NCBI RefSeq assembly: GCF_000743755.1 | Contig: NW_014569465.1 | Coordinates: forward strand, 1 to 64,000 | Direction of reading: 5' to 3' | Origin: Blastocystis sp. subtype 4 | Lineage: Eukaryota | DNA: 64,000 bases | In this document: positions 52,056 to 64,000 of the stretch, piece after piece | Position numbering within the stretch: position 1 is the first letter of the stretch | Layout of the letters: the number at the start of each line of letters is the position of its first letter | Notes under the pieces: generated by a model | Seen by the model: the letters and a program-made list of their open reading frames with translations, nothing else | Told to the model about the DNA's origin: nothing | Database searches by the model: none | Program-made: the position numbers and the translations under genes

Positions 52056-52763
52056 ATGGAAGCAACATATAACACATCCGATATTACGCCAATGGAGCCA
52101 TGGACAGAACAAGGTTGGAATGCACTGTATTGGTTGTCAGTTGCTGCTGATCCATAGTGAAACAGCAAGAAGAAAGAGGGAGGAATTGCGAATGAAGATG
52201 AGTCAAAAGGCTCGTGAAGAACAGGAAAAGTTGCAAGTAGTCAGTGTTTGTGGATCTAAACGTAGATGAAACGGAAACAACAGGAAGAAGAAAAACGAAA
52301 AGCCGAAGAAAAGAAACAAGTGGACTATGAGAGTTAGAATAAGGAATAGGAAGAAGTAAAGATAGCTGAAGAGAAGAAGAGCAAAAAGGGAAAGAAAGCG
52401 AAAGCAGAACCAAAGAAGGAAGAAGAGAGGATTAGTCTCATGCCTTCAAAGAAGGAACTAAAACGTGCAGAAGCTCTACGTCGTGAAAAGCAACGTGAAG
52501 AGGCGATGCGTAAGAAGCAAGGTTGTTGATTGCGCATTGAATGAAGAATAGAAAAGGAAGTAGAGGAAACCCCTGTTGTGGAGGAGCCGAAGCCTGTAGT
52601 CGAGAAGTGAGTAAATTACATGATATTAAGATGTAGAAAACGAGAGAGACCGAATGATGCCTTTGTAAAGAGTATTTGGGTAATCATTTTGGCTATTGTC
52701 GTCTACTTATTCCGTGAGGAGATTGCTCATGCTTTCAAAGAGATTATTTCTTCTCTTCATTGA
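52056..52763 (+). CDS. Hypothetical Lys/Glu-rich tail-anchored protein
   Basis: Spliced charged coiled coil; C-terminal TM IWVIILAIVVYLF. Confidence 0.55.
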
Positions 52764-52802
52764 TATCTTTATTATGACACACTATCACAAGATTCCTTTC
52801 AT

Positions 52803-52810
52803 AACAAACA
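52803..52810 (-). promoter_or_regulatory. TGTTTGTT polyadenylation motif (representative - strand copy)
   Basis: AACAAACA on + strand also at 8825, 14970, 27705, 30283 and 51275, near ends of minus-strand genes. Confidence 0.85.
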
Positions 52811-52814
52811 TCCA

Positions 52815-54586
52815 AGAAATCAATAATTGGTACTGCCCATGAGCATGAGGACTCCAAAGACAAAGTATTCTTATGCATTTCAACTCTCGCCCAACCGTGT
52901 TCTCCCCAATACTCACCCCAACTATTTCTTAAGATCCAATACTCCACGCCATCTTCACTAATACCCCATCCAGCAATTTCAATAGCATGTCCTCCTAACA
53001 TCACTTCTTCATGATCCATATAGATACCTCCTTCATAATCCAAGAAGTCCTGTGATACATCCATATGACATGTTATAGGACCACGAGCATAAATCTCAGC
53101 CTTCATCTCTTGAACACCATAAGCATATCCATACTCTGATACCTTCACTCTACGATAATCTTTCACAGCAAAACAAGGTTGATCAGGCCAACAATTCTTA
53201 CAGCGATTCATGTCTGTACACTCTAGATCCTTAGCTTCATAAATAGCACATGTCTGATCAGGTACACCTTCTTTACGAATATACTCCCAGACGGCACTTG
53301 AACAACCTCCATGGCAGCTACCAGCTCCACTACAATTGATCAGTTCCTGTTCTGATAGTGCTATTGTAGGGAATGCTCCCTTTCGAGCTAACGCAATACG
53401 ATCTGAAAGAGAAGAAGATGTTGCTTGAGCCCAGCAGGATCCACAATACTGAGGGATATGCTGATTCTTATCCCAGGTAGCATAGTTAAAGCCATCGATA
53501 TTACGAATATCATAAGACTTAGGAAGTTCTTCTGGTTTGATATAGGAAACAGGAAGAGGTGACAATACATAGGATTGCTCTGTTTTGCCTATAGTTCACA
53601 TCTCATTCCTCATTCCTACACACATGACAAGACTCTGGGAAGAATCGCTTACGACGCTCTAAACCTCGAGGAATACGATTTGTAACCATATCTTTAGGAA
53701 TACGAGGAACGGCATAGGTACAACCATCTTCTATTCCCAAGTTGTTCTTACCTCGAACAATCCTGAAGAAGCCTTCTTCTCCCTATAGAATTACAATACT
53801 GAGATTTGCTTACCCAATAGGTACCCCATGAATTACGCACAATCCAATAGGGAATTCCGTTCTCTTCGCCCCAACCCACCACACTAATATCATGACCATC
53901 TCCGGCAATACCTGTCTTGTCTTCATAGATACCTCCTTTGTACTCCAGCAAATCGTCAGGAACATCAATACTGCAAGTGACAGGACCATGGGCGTAGATT
54001 TCCTTCATGATGTTCTCTACTCCGTCCACATGACCATATTCGTCCACATAGTACTTGGTGTAGTTATAAACAGGATGACAACCACTACTATCACAGTCTC
54101 GACAAATGTGAATATCATCACAGGTAGAGTTGTCACGAGCTTCGTAACGCTGACAACCCTCCTCAGGAATACCAACCTCATTGGCGTATTGATAAATGTG
54201 AATGGGAAGACCTCCATGACAACCATGGTCAATTTCGGAACAATATAAGATAACCTGAATTGACAGATCATGTTCTGGCCACACATTCTTCGTCATATAC
54301 TTGAGACGATCGGTAATGGACGAAGTGGCAGCATGAGCCCAACAAGAACCACAGTACTGAGGGATGTGCTGATTTCGCGCAAGAGAAACATAACTCTTTC
54401 CATCCAGATTACGACTATCATAAATCTCTAGAAACAAACCTACAGATCAAAATTCTTTGGCAACTCTTCAGTCTTGATAATTTCCCAAGATCGTGGACCA
54501 TGAACAAGTTCATCACGAATCACATCGGGTTTCCAAGAAAACACTACAGCAAACAGGAGAACTAGTCGAATTATACATTCCGCCAT
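52815..54586 (-). CDS. Two-domain cathepsin Z/X-like cysteine protease (papain C1A x2)
   Basis: Signal peptide; two NQHIPQYCGSCW, two catalytic His (GHDIS, GHAIE), two RNSWG; continuous linker; stop predicted as T+AA at 52815. Confidence 0.92.
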
Positions 54587-54714
54587 AGATTCTACATAAA
54601 ACAGAGATCTTACGTGTCATTATTTGAGATTCCATAATATTGTTCTATTCAGGTCATAAGCCAAAATCACTGAACAGTTGATCCAACAAACAAATCTGTC
54701 ATAAGACTTTGAAA

Positions 54715-56235
54715 TTACCACAAGTCATTATGAGAGTATACAAGTTTCTCTCCATCTTCATCGGAAGAAACAGCTAAGCCCATTTGAGAATTATCAAAGA
54801 TATAAGATACAGAATGACCAGTAACTAGAATCGAATTCATTTGATATATCTTACGGACTCGAAGAAGTTGCATGAGAACATTCAATGCACACTGATTAGG
54901 TGAAGCACATTCAGTGTGGATACTTCTGAAAAATGCTACTTTCCGGTAATCAAAAGATGGATCCTGTTCTACTGTGTGATACTGACATGATGTATTCTAA
55001 TCATCACTATAGCTCCATGTCCATACTTTCATTGCATTACTGACAGTTTCCTCTAGTTGTTCTTTCGTAATATCATCGTTCTATAACTCAAATCAATCCC
55101 CCTCTCCCTACTAACTCATAGACTAATAGTAACACTTTTCCATCTTCAAATAACTGATAATGGACATATTTAGCTTTGGGAGACTAACTCACAAAAACAC
55201 AGCATGCATACCATTTCAACTGTTTGAATCGAATAACTTGGATTTGTAAGTACATATCCATTATCTATAACTTGTTTTGTGCAATAGAAGGTAAAAAAGG
55301 CCCGTTGCCGAATGACAATACAATTGGCTACAGATTATCATTTCTAGGATCCTAAACCAAGTTGAGCTGCAAAAGGAGAGAAAGTGTGGTGTAACCGCAT
55401 CTCTCGAATAGCTTCATTGATCCGAGCCACTTCTGGTGAGATTGGGGTTGACTTCATTGCTTCAATGAGCAGTGTGACTATGCGTTGTTTATTCTCCTTA
55501 TTTTCATTGCTAACAGGGATAGCCATCGAGGCAAATTCAACGCAGTTCTGTCTAGATGTAATTAATTCTATTTCTTCTTACCCAGCATAATCCAAAAGAT
55601 GAGGAGATGCGCCTTCCTTTAACAACTCCTTAACAGTATAGAAATTCATCTTACGAGCAGCATAGAACAACGGACTTCGTCCCATAAGATCGGGAATATC
55701 AAGTTCATGACTAGAAGAAGCAAGACGCAGAAGATTCAAGAAATAATCATTGGACTTGGTTACATTGGCAGCAGCAGTATGAAGAGAAGTCATCGAATAA
55801 CAATTCTACACTGATACTCTCTCAGAATCTTTACTCTCGTTGTTGGAGTCCAATACTCTCGGATATGCAGTGGGCTCGTTTTTGTACTTTGCTGCCACTT
55901 CTTAAGATATGTATTATTCTACAGTTATAGACAATTACTAAAGGTACAAGAACATTCTTGTAATAGATCATAATTTCTGCCTTATCTTCGTCAAAATCTT
56001 GACATACACTCATATCATCAATAACATCAAAACATCGGTTCAAGATCAATTCTCTCGATTCTAAAGTAGATCTCAGTTTAGTGTTTTCTTCCTGGAGCTC
56101 TTTTACTTTCTTTTGAAGAAGATCGGGAGCCATATCCTCTTCGTGAGAAGATTGTACTACCACAATCTATATCATTATATAATCATCAGGTGAATAGATT
56201 ACTGGTTCCGAACTTGTTTCTGCAGTTGATGACAT
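54715..56235 (-). CDS. Ankyrin-repeat protein
   Basis: TSLHTAA, GRSPLFYAA ankyrin motifs; N-terminal coiled coil. Confidence 0.6.
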
Positions 56236-56298
56236 CAATTATCTAACAAACAATGGCAAAAGAACGAAGAGTACATTTCTATCCAAATAACCGTACGA

Positions 56299-58940
56299 TT
56301 ACACACGCCTTCGCTTTCTACCTCGAGTCTCTCTTGTCCCTACCGATCGCTTTTGTTTCTCGACAGGCTTTCGTTTCCCCACTTCGGTCCCATTCTCATT
56401 CACACTTCCAAACATAGAGTCCCCAACAGAACAGGCTATAACTTCATACCCATCTCCCTTATCCGGGATTTCTCCTGTTGCATGATTCTTTGCCAAGAAC
56501 TCAACTTGTTTCACCTACTCTTCATTCTTTCATCCATTCCAAACAGTGATTGGTTTCGTTCCATCTCTTCCTGCAAAGGCATCGGTTCTTGCCAACTTCA
56601 CATATTCATCAAAGGATAATCGCTTTAACTGAGGTGACTGTATCTTATTCATCACATTCATTCCCACTTTCCTTTCATGATGTGTCACAATTCGTTCCAA
56701 CTTCCTCTTCTCTTCGGCAACCTTCATCAATTGCATATCAATTGTATTCAGTGTGATTAATCGATATCTACACGTCAGAAGTCCACTCATCCAATACACC
56801 GCAATATCACGTGTCTGACCCAGGCGATGTGCTCTATCCATTGCTTGAATATCCATCTGAGGGTTCTACCCATTATTACATGCATTTTCAAATACCCAAT
56901 CACTATCATACAATACCACTGTGTCCGCTGTACTCAAATTGATACCCAACCCTCCTGACCGTGTCGTTAACAAAAACACGGGAATTGAAGAATCACTGTT
57001 GAATGAATGTATCGATGCATCCCGCTCTTCTTGTGTTGTTGTACCGTGAATATAGCAATATTTGTATTGACGATACATACAGTAGTCTTCAAGCAAATGA
57101 AGAGTCTATTATTCACTCCCAGCATTCATCATCACTTCAATAAACTGAACAAACACTAGCACACGATGTCCTGCGGGAATCCACTCCTTCAACATTGTAT
57201 CCAACACTGTAAGTTTGCTACTACTCTAATGCTTAATCATGTTCATGAAACGTACAGTGATAACAGTTTCATTGGTTATGAAGGTATCCCCACACTTTTC
57301 CTCGTATCTATACTCAATCCATTATTCTTTACCTACACATTGAATGGATGACTTATCAATTGACGTAGAATCTGCATTCGGAATTGACGGGATTGCGACT
57401 TCAGACGTAGATTCTTGGATTCTAGCAGCTGCTCGTAGCGACCATCATCACTCAACACAATATCATATCTATATCCCTGAAGCTAACCACAATGTACATT
57501 TCTTTCTCTCGCTCCGTCATCTCCACATACACACATATCTCTCGTTTTCTGGGAAGCCATACATCGATATCACTCTTAACACGACGCAGGAAGAAGGGCG
57601 AAATCACTTTTCTCAATGTGTTTAGAATCTCTGTTTTGAGCAGTTCTGACGAAGATGCATTGAAATCAAACCATTTAAGGAAGTCTGCGGCTGAACTAAA
57701 TACATCTGGAAGAAGGAAGTTCAACAATGACCATAACTCTTTCAAATTATTCTATTCTTGATCTCACTTATGAGTGATACCTGAAGAGGTGTTCCAGTAA
57801 GAATCAATCTCGATGTTGCTGGATTATGAGCAAAGGTGAAGAGACATTGCATTAACTGACATTCGTTATTCTTTAACCGATGTCCCTCGTCTACCACAAT
57901 GTAAAACCATTCTCGTTTGTCAAAGAGATTCGATTCCATTCGAATCATTTCATATGACGTTACAATCACCTTTTCATCCATCTACATATCATATCATATT
58001 TCCAACAGTACAAATGACTGTGGCTTTTCAAGATACTCTTTCCGAAGGCGTTTGCGTTCTTCTTTGTCTCCATGAAACTTCATAGTTGGAATTGTTGGAC
58101 ACCATCTACAGATAACAGGATGAGAACGCAATCACTTTTTCAATTCATCCATCCAATTACCTAAAGTGCTAAGAGGCGCGATGATCAAAACAGGTCCCCA
58201 AACACCTGCTTCACGCAGAAAGGCAAATAACCCAATCACTTGGAGTGTTTTCCCTAACCCCATCTCATCAGCTAGCATGCCATGAGAACCGTTTTCAAAG
58301 AGTTTTCGCATCCAGTCAATTCCCTGGAGTTGATGAGGCAACAATCTACTTCATCACCATTCCATTGTTCTGATACTTGCCACCAACCAAGGATTTGGGT
58401 TGTACAAAGGTAGCCTTCGAATCATCACTCGAGTCAATCTGCTTTTGCATCTCTTCCACAAATGTCACAGCTTTATTAACAAGGAGTTTCATATTCTGTT
58501 GATTTACTTCCCTACAAGTTATCACGGTCCTTTTCACGAACACGGAAGATGCCACCTCTTTTTCCTTTGCCCATTTCTACACATCAGTCAATCCTTTACA
58601 GCTGAATACACGAAATTCATCATCAATAGTCTCATCCACAACCCCCTTTCCATTCTCCAACTCGCCTTCTTCCGGAATCTCACTTTCTGCACTTCGGTCA
58701 TCTGAATGCGGTGTATTTCTGACAGACATCTCCCTAAACATCGTCATCCATACAACCCAGTCATTCAACATTATCCTACAGTTCATCGACACTGTTAGCT
58801 GGTGATCTAACAGGATTATCGAACATAGAGTCGTCAATGACTGAAGTGGGACTATTGTAACCCTGGCCTTTAATAGGTTGGATAGTAGCAGAGCTAGGCT
58901 GTTTAGGTTTGAAAAACTGCACAATGGATGTCTGACTCAT
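56299..58940 (-). CDS. SNF2-family chromatin remodeller, HELLS/LSH/DDM1-like
   Basis: QPKSLVGG, GMLADEMGLGKTLQ, GVWGPVLIIAPLSTLGNW, VDEGHRLKN, LILTGTPLQ, ELWSLLNFLLPDVF, FLLTTRSGGLGINL, DIQAMDRAHRLGQ. Confidence 0.88.
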
Positions 58941-59027
58941 TCAAATGTATTGTAAAAGAAACCCGCCAAAACTCCCTCTTGATTCAAACAAACAGCCAAG
59001 GCAATAGTACACATCCTCTAAACAAAC

Positions 59028-59965
59028 CTATGATTTCACAGCAGGCACACCATATAATAATCCATCAAATTGAGGACGAATCCCATCAGCAAAAAACATC
59101 TTACGAATTCGAAAGAATGTCTCTATGGTAACTCGACTATCACTTCCCGACTGGTGAGCTGTTCCTACTCGATCCACCTATATATCAATTACAATTCTAA
59201 TACACACATTCATTTGCTGGGCAATTCGATTTAGCCCTCCACTCAACTCCCTACACTCCATGCATAAGGCTTTTACATCGTACACATGAGGAAAATAGAC
59301 TCGTCGAATGGTGTCAAATTCCTCGTAAGAGGCAGGCAGGTCAGAACCCATGAGAATGTGGACAAAATACGCAAAATCATAGATTCCGTGAAAGGTGATC
59401 CAAGTGATGGAAGGAGACAATATCAAGCCTGACATCGTAATCAATTCGCCAAAACGACGAGGTTCGATACCTTTTGTAGCATGTGCTTTGAAATCAACTC
59501 CAGCCATCTCAAGAAGTTGCATCGACTCAGCATTGAAGACATCAACTCTATATGAAAACAACGAGAAACGACTACGAGGGATCAAATCGAAAGTTGAATT
59601 GCCAAATAGGGCAATCATCTGCAATAACACCATCGACAGAACAGAAAGTAATCCCCAGTTGAATGAGTTTCAGATTGTTCACATTCTCACGAATAATGCC
59701 ATATTCAAAAAAGGAAGCTTGCTTGTCCTTGGAATAAAAGCAGATTCCAGGAAATTCCGTATCCTATGTCTCACATCTCCACACAACGAAGAACCATGCC
59801 GATAAACGGATACCGAGTCGCAGCTTGCATAATAGAGTTCATCTCATTATCCAAATTGTAACACCATACTTCCTTGATTTCTCGACTGTCATTGGACTGG
59901 GGTGAAAGGGGACTTCTAGAATCGGGTGTAAGTCCAATGTTCTTTGCTCTCCCATGAAGTTCCAT
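59028..59965 (-). CDS. CAF1: CCR4-NOT deadenylase CAF1/POP2 (CNOT7/8)
   Basis: EVWCYNL, DTEFPG, IQLG, WITFHGIYDFAY, YDVK, GGLNRIA, HQSGSDS. Confidence 0.93.
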
Positions 59966-60156
59966 GATTCAATTCTCTAGGAACGATTATGGTAGAGAAA
60001 CAATCTTTGTACTCGGTACAAGGTTCACTATTTTCTAATCTCAATTCAAGTGTAATTATCAAATAAACAGACCACCCTATCTTCTATTAAGAGGAGTTGG
60101 AGGTTCGATTTTTGCACATGCCAAAAGAGACTCCTTGATTCATATCTACAATCGCA

Positions 60157-60859
60157 ATGTCGTCAACGGAAGCACCTCGAAAACCTGAAGGATACCTTGT
60201 CATTACCAACATTTCCAAGAACCACAATATTGGTAACATGCTGCGTAGTGCATGTGCCTTTGGTATGAAAGAAGTGTGAATGTGAAGTATATATGAATTG
60301 TAGGTGATTATCGTGGGCCAGCCCAAACTCTTTCTTCATGGTTCTCATGGAACTGCCCACCATATCAAAATCCGGAAATTCGGAACACTGGAAGAGGCTC
60401 AGGAATGGTTTCATCAAAAAGGAATCACCCTTTGTGGTGTGGAGTTAGTACCTCAAGCAGTGGATATTCGTACACATCCATTCCGAGGAGACACAGCAAT
60501 CATGATGGGAAATGAGGTAGATGAATGGAGTTGGGAATGAAGTGTAGGGAGCAGGGATGAATGAGAAACAGATTGCTGCATGTGATCATTTTGTTTATAT
60601 TCCTCAGTATGGACATGGAACAGCTTCTTTAAATGTAAATGTGGCTTCCTCGATTGTGATGCATCATTTCTCGACTTGGGCTGGCTACGAAGAAGCAGAA
60701 CGGGAGACAGAACGTGCAAAATATGTTGTTGAGTCATTTGTTACGGGGAAAGATAGAGAGCGAACTGAAGAGGAAGTCCAATTAACTGAAGAACGGAGAA
60801 AAAAACGTGAAGAGGGAGAAGAAGATGTCGAATTGATGGGTCCTTTAGTTGATGAGTAA
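60157..60859 (+). CDS. SpoU/TrmH-family RNA 2'-O-methyltransferase
   Basis: NIGNMLRSACAFG, MGNE-GAG, YIPQYGHGTASLNVNVA. Confidence 0.92.
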
Positions 60860-60900
60860 TACTTGTTTGTTGACTTGTATCACTACTCACTTTCTTTGAA

Positions 60901-62122
60901 ATGAGTGATCCAAAAGAAAGACAAGTGCATGGTCCTAATTGGTATCTCTCTCTTTATCGGGCCAACGATGAACTTCGATGTAACAGTCATCGAATTGTAC
61001 TATTACCAATTGTTGGCCGATTTATTCTTATAGATTCCCGTTGCTGCTGAGAATCCACGTTCTTGTGTAGTTCAACTAATTCGAACGATTAAAAGGGCAC
61101 GAATGTTTCAGGTGCGAAAACAAAGAGAACTCCTAGAGAAATTGAAAAGTAGGTTTTGTGGTGGTGTGAATTCGGAATTGGTACTAATTGGGATATAGAA
61201 ACGGAACCCCTGGATGAAAAGAAAATTGAAAGTGTTAACAAGATGATTGAAATGCTTGAAGTACAGATAGTAGAGAGGACTGATAATGGTAGTCGATGGA
61301 TATATTTGCGGTTGCGAAACATATGCTTCCAATACTGTTGATGATCGAAGAACCAAAGGTGGCTATGCTTATGACCATTTAGTGGTAGAACTATCAAAAA
61401 CCGATTGACGAAGATAAGAAGCGATGTCAAGATCTTCTAATTGATTCGCGTTTGATGCGTGTGTTTGTAGAGAAAATGCATCAACTAAAGAGTATTCCTC
61501 GTCATGTTGTTGATGTAGACAGTATTGAATCGGTAGCAAAAGAAGCTGTATATGTAACAGACTTCTCTCATGTAGATTCAAACCTCCTCAAAAGAAGTGC
61601 TACAAGATGAAAAGAAGCGACCACTGAAGTTGGAAGAAATGACTAGAAAGCAGCGGCGTGCTGCCGAGTATCGGATTATGAAAGAAGCGGAGACCAAATC
61701 TTCTCAATTTATTACATCGTTGAATAGTGGCAGTAGAATGGGTTCAGCATCGTCAAGCAGTCGAAAGGAGGCGGCTCGAAAAGCCTTGATGGGAATGGAG
61801 CTTCCTGATCGAATTCGTGGTAGAAATCTGTTTAGCCTGTAAATTGTAGAAAAGGTGCAGAGAGGAGATGCTTCAGAAGAAGTAACGAAGGAACGAATGA
61901 AGGGTTCCAAGAAGACTGCAGGTGTGAAGAGTTCAAAGAGAGTAGAGAAACAGAAACCACAAACAAAGGTATTTCTTTTGCATTTCTATGATCTAGGAAA
62001 AGGAAGAGTCGAAGATGCCAGAACATCCTTCTTGGGCAGCACAAAAGGAATCAAAAGAAAAGATGCGAATTCATATTGATCCGACAGCACCTAAAGAAAA
62101 CAAACGAATTACGTTTGACTAG
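60901..62122 (+). CDS. BUD22/SRFBP1-like ribosome biogenesis protein
   Basis: IKRARMFQVRK near the N-term; C-term HPSWAAQK...KRITFD. Confidence 0.7.
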
Positions 62123-62244
62123 CTTTCTCTTGTTTATTGTCAAATCCTATCTTTCTGTTTAGTCGAATATGAAAATGAGAAACACTATAGTGCCGAAGGA
62201 TCACGAAGTCAACAATATCCCCAGATCATTATTGAGACTTTAAA

Positions 62245-64000
62245 ATGTTATCATTACGGCGATGCACCTCTTTTTATCCTTTGGCACGGGCTTTGATGAC
62301 GAAGTCAGAATCATTGATTGTATCTTTATTACCATTTCATAAACTAGATAAACGGATTGACTTATGAATACACAAAGGCTCCATCTCGTGATGAGATATC
62401 CTTTTTAACAGAAGATGTCGTTGCCTTGATTCTGTAAATGCTGGATATTCTCCAACGAGAGAACTTTGATGTTGCAGTCATTGGTGGTGGTTGTACTGGA
62501 TCAATGATTGCCCTTGATGCTGCACTTCGAGGATACAAAGTCGCTGTAGTTGAAAGGAATGACTTTTCATCTGGTACATCAAGCCGTTCCACCAATCTTC
62601 TTCATGGAGGAGTAAGGTATCTTGAGAATGCTGTGAAGCACTTGGATTGGACAGATTTCAAACTTGTAACTGAAGCACTTCATGAGAGGAGATTCATGTT
62701 AGCGAACGCTCCTTACATGACGCGTCCAATTGCAACTGTGATTCCAGCAAAGTCTTGGTTTCAACAACAGTACATCCGAATCGGTCTAGCACTGTACGAT
62801 TTGATTGCTTTTCGAGGGGGACTTCCTCGAAGGTATTGATGACATCCCATCTTCTCCATAGTCATTCGATTCGTTGGAAAGAAATGCAGTATCTGTTCCC
62901 TAAACTTGATTTTGATTGGATCCGAGGTGGATTAGTGTAGAGAGTATTGGTCTATTAGAACATAGATACTATGATGGACAGTCCAATGATGCTCGTCTCT
63001 CTGCAGTCATTATGCGAACAGCTATTGATCAAGGAGCTGTTGCTGCCAATTACCTCGAGGTAACTGACCTTCTTCATTCTCCTTGTAAAGTACATATGAA
63101 AAACGATCCTCATGAACTCGTTCATGGTGTACATGTATGTGATCGTCTGACAAAGAATGAATTCGATATTCATGCAAAGATAACAGTGAATGCAACTGGA
63201 CCTTATGTAGACTCCATTCTCAAGATGCATGAACGAATTGAAGGAGGAGAGGAAGCTGTCAAGAATTATCAGAATGTGATTGTACCTTCCAAAGGAGTTC
63301 ATTTGCTATTACGAGGCACTTACTGTCCAAAAATGGCAGGAATTGTTACGACTACAAGTGATAATCGAGTGATGTTCATGTTACCATGGCAGAATTAGTG
63401 AGTTTGAATCCTAAATGTTATGACTAGTACTGTTGTTGGGACAACAGATACTCCCTGTGCTTTGGATGAGTATCCTGAAGCAACTGAAGGAGATATAGAG
63501 ATGATTCTCCAAGAGACAGCTAAGTATATGGTGACTCCAATTCAAAAAGACGATATTCTAGCTGTATGGTGTGGCATCCGTCCTCTTGTACGATCAAATC
63601 ACACATCAAAGGAACAGACAGCAAGTATTAGTCGTACTCATGAAGTATGGGCTCAAGGAGATGGACTGATCACAATTGCAGGAGGGAAATGGACGACGGT
63701 TCGGAATATGGCAGAAGATGTGTGTGATGTTATCGGAAGACGGTCTACCCTTCATGTTGATATCGATGAATGGGTTTACAAATAGATGAAGGATTGTATA
63801 ACAAAGGATTTCAAGCTATATGGAGCGAATGAGAAGATAAATAAGGATCGGCCAGAGTCTCGGATTCGACGATATGTTGCTCAGCAATCAGAGGTTCAAG
63901 ATACATTAATGAGTGTGTATCATTTGTCTCCAGAAGTGGCAGAACACTTGTCTCATTTCTATGGATATCGAGCTTACCAGGTGGCTGAAATTGCTAAGAA
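62245..64000 (+). CDS. GPD2: FAD-dependent mitochondrial glycerol-3-phosphate dehydrogenase, 5' part (truncated)
   Basis: DVAVIGGGCTG, DFSSGTSSRSTNLLHGGVRYL, YYDGQSNDAR, VNATGPY, GIRPL, IAGGKWTT; presequence MLSLRR. Confidence 0.95.

Noticed and set aside
1..64000. Fragmented ORFs suggesting pseudogenes or an alternative genetic code
   Set aside because: Breaks coincide with ~30-nt GT-AG introns, and splicing restores conserved motifs under the standard code

Overview
This is a eukaryotic, extremely gene-dense window with about 40 protein-coding genes, very short (~30 nt) GT-AG introns, tiny intergenic gaps and a TGTTTGTT motif just past most gene ends. That architecture matches the nuclear genome of the anaerobic gut stramenopile Blastocystis (an inference; no search was run). 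The most striking system is termination codons created by polyadenylation. At least seven genes have an in-frame T, TA or TG exactly four bases before the motif (TGTTTGTT in six, TGTTTATT in one), with three weaker candidates. Their true C-termini are shorter than the genomic reading frames suggest, and three apparent gene overlaps disappear. Other highlights are a tandem intronless pair of unknown multi-pass membrane proteins, an N-terminal PIP box on a HELLS/DDM1-like remodeller, a T-R-H atypical MAPK, a two-domain cathepsin X, and a ~1260 aa Ig-containing surface protein flanked by a MORN/LRR-family gene and its decayed copy. There are also several mitochondrion-related-organelle (MRO) genes: NDUFB4-like, RsmH, an RluB-like enzyme with GQLD, GPD2 and an SLC25 carrier. 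CDS coordinates are gene spans including introns, assembled by eye.
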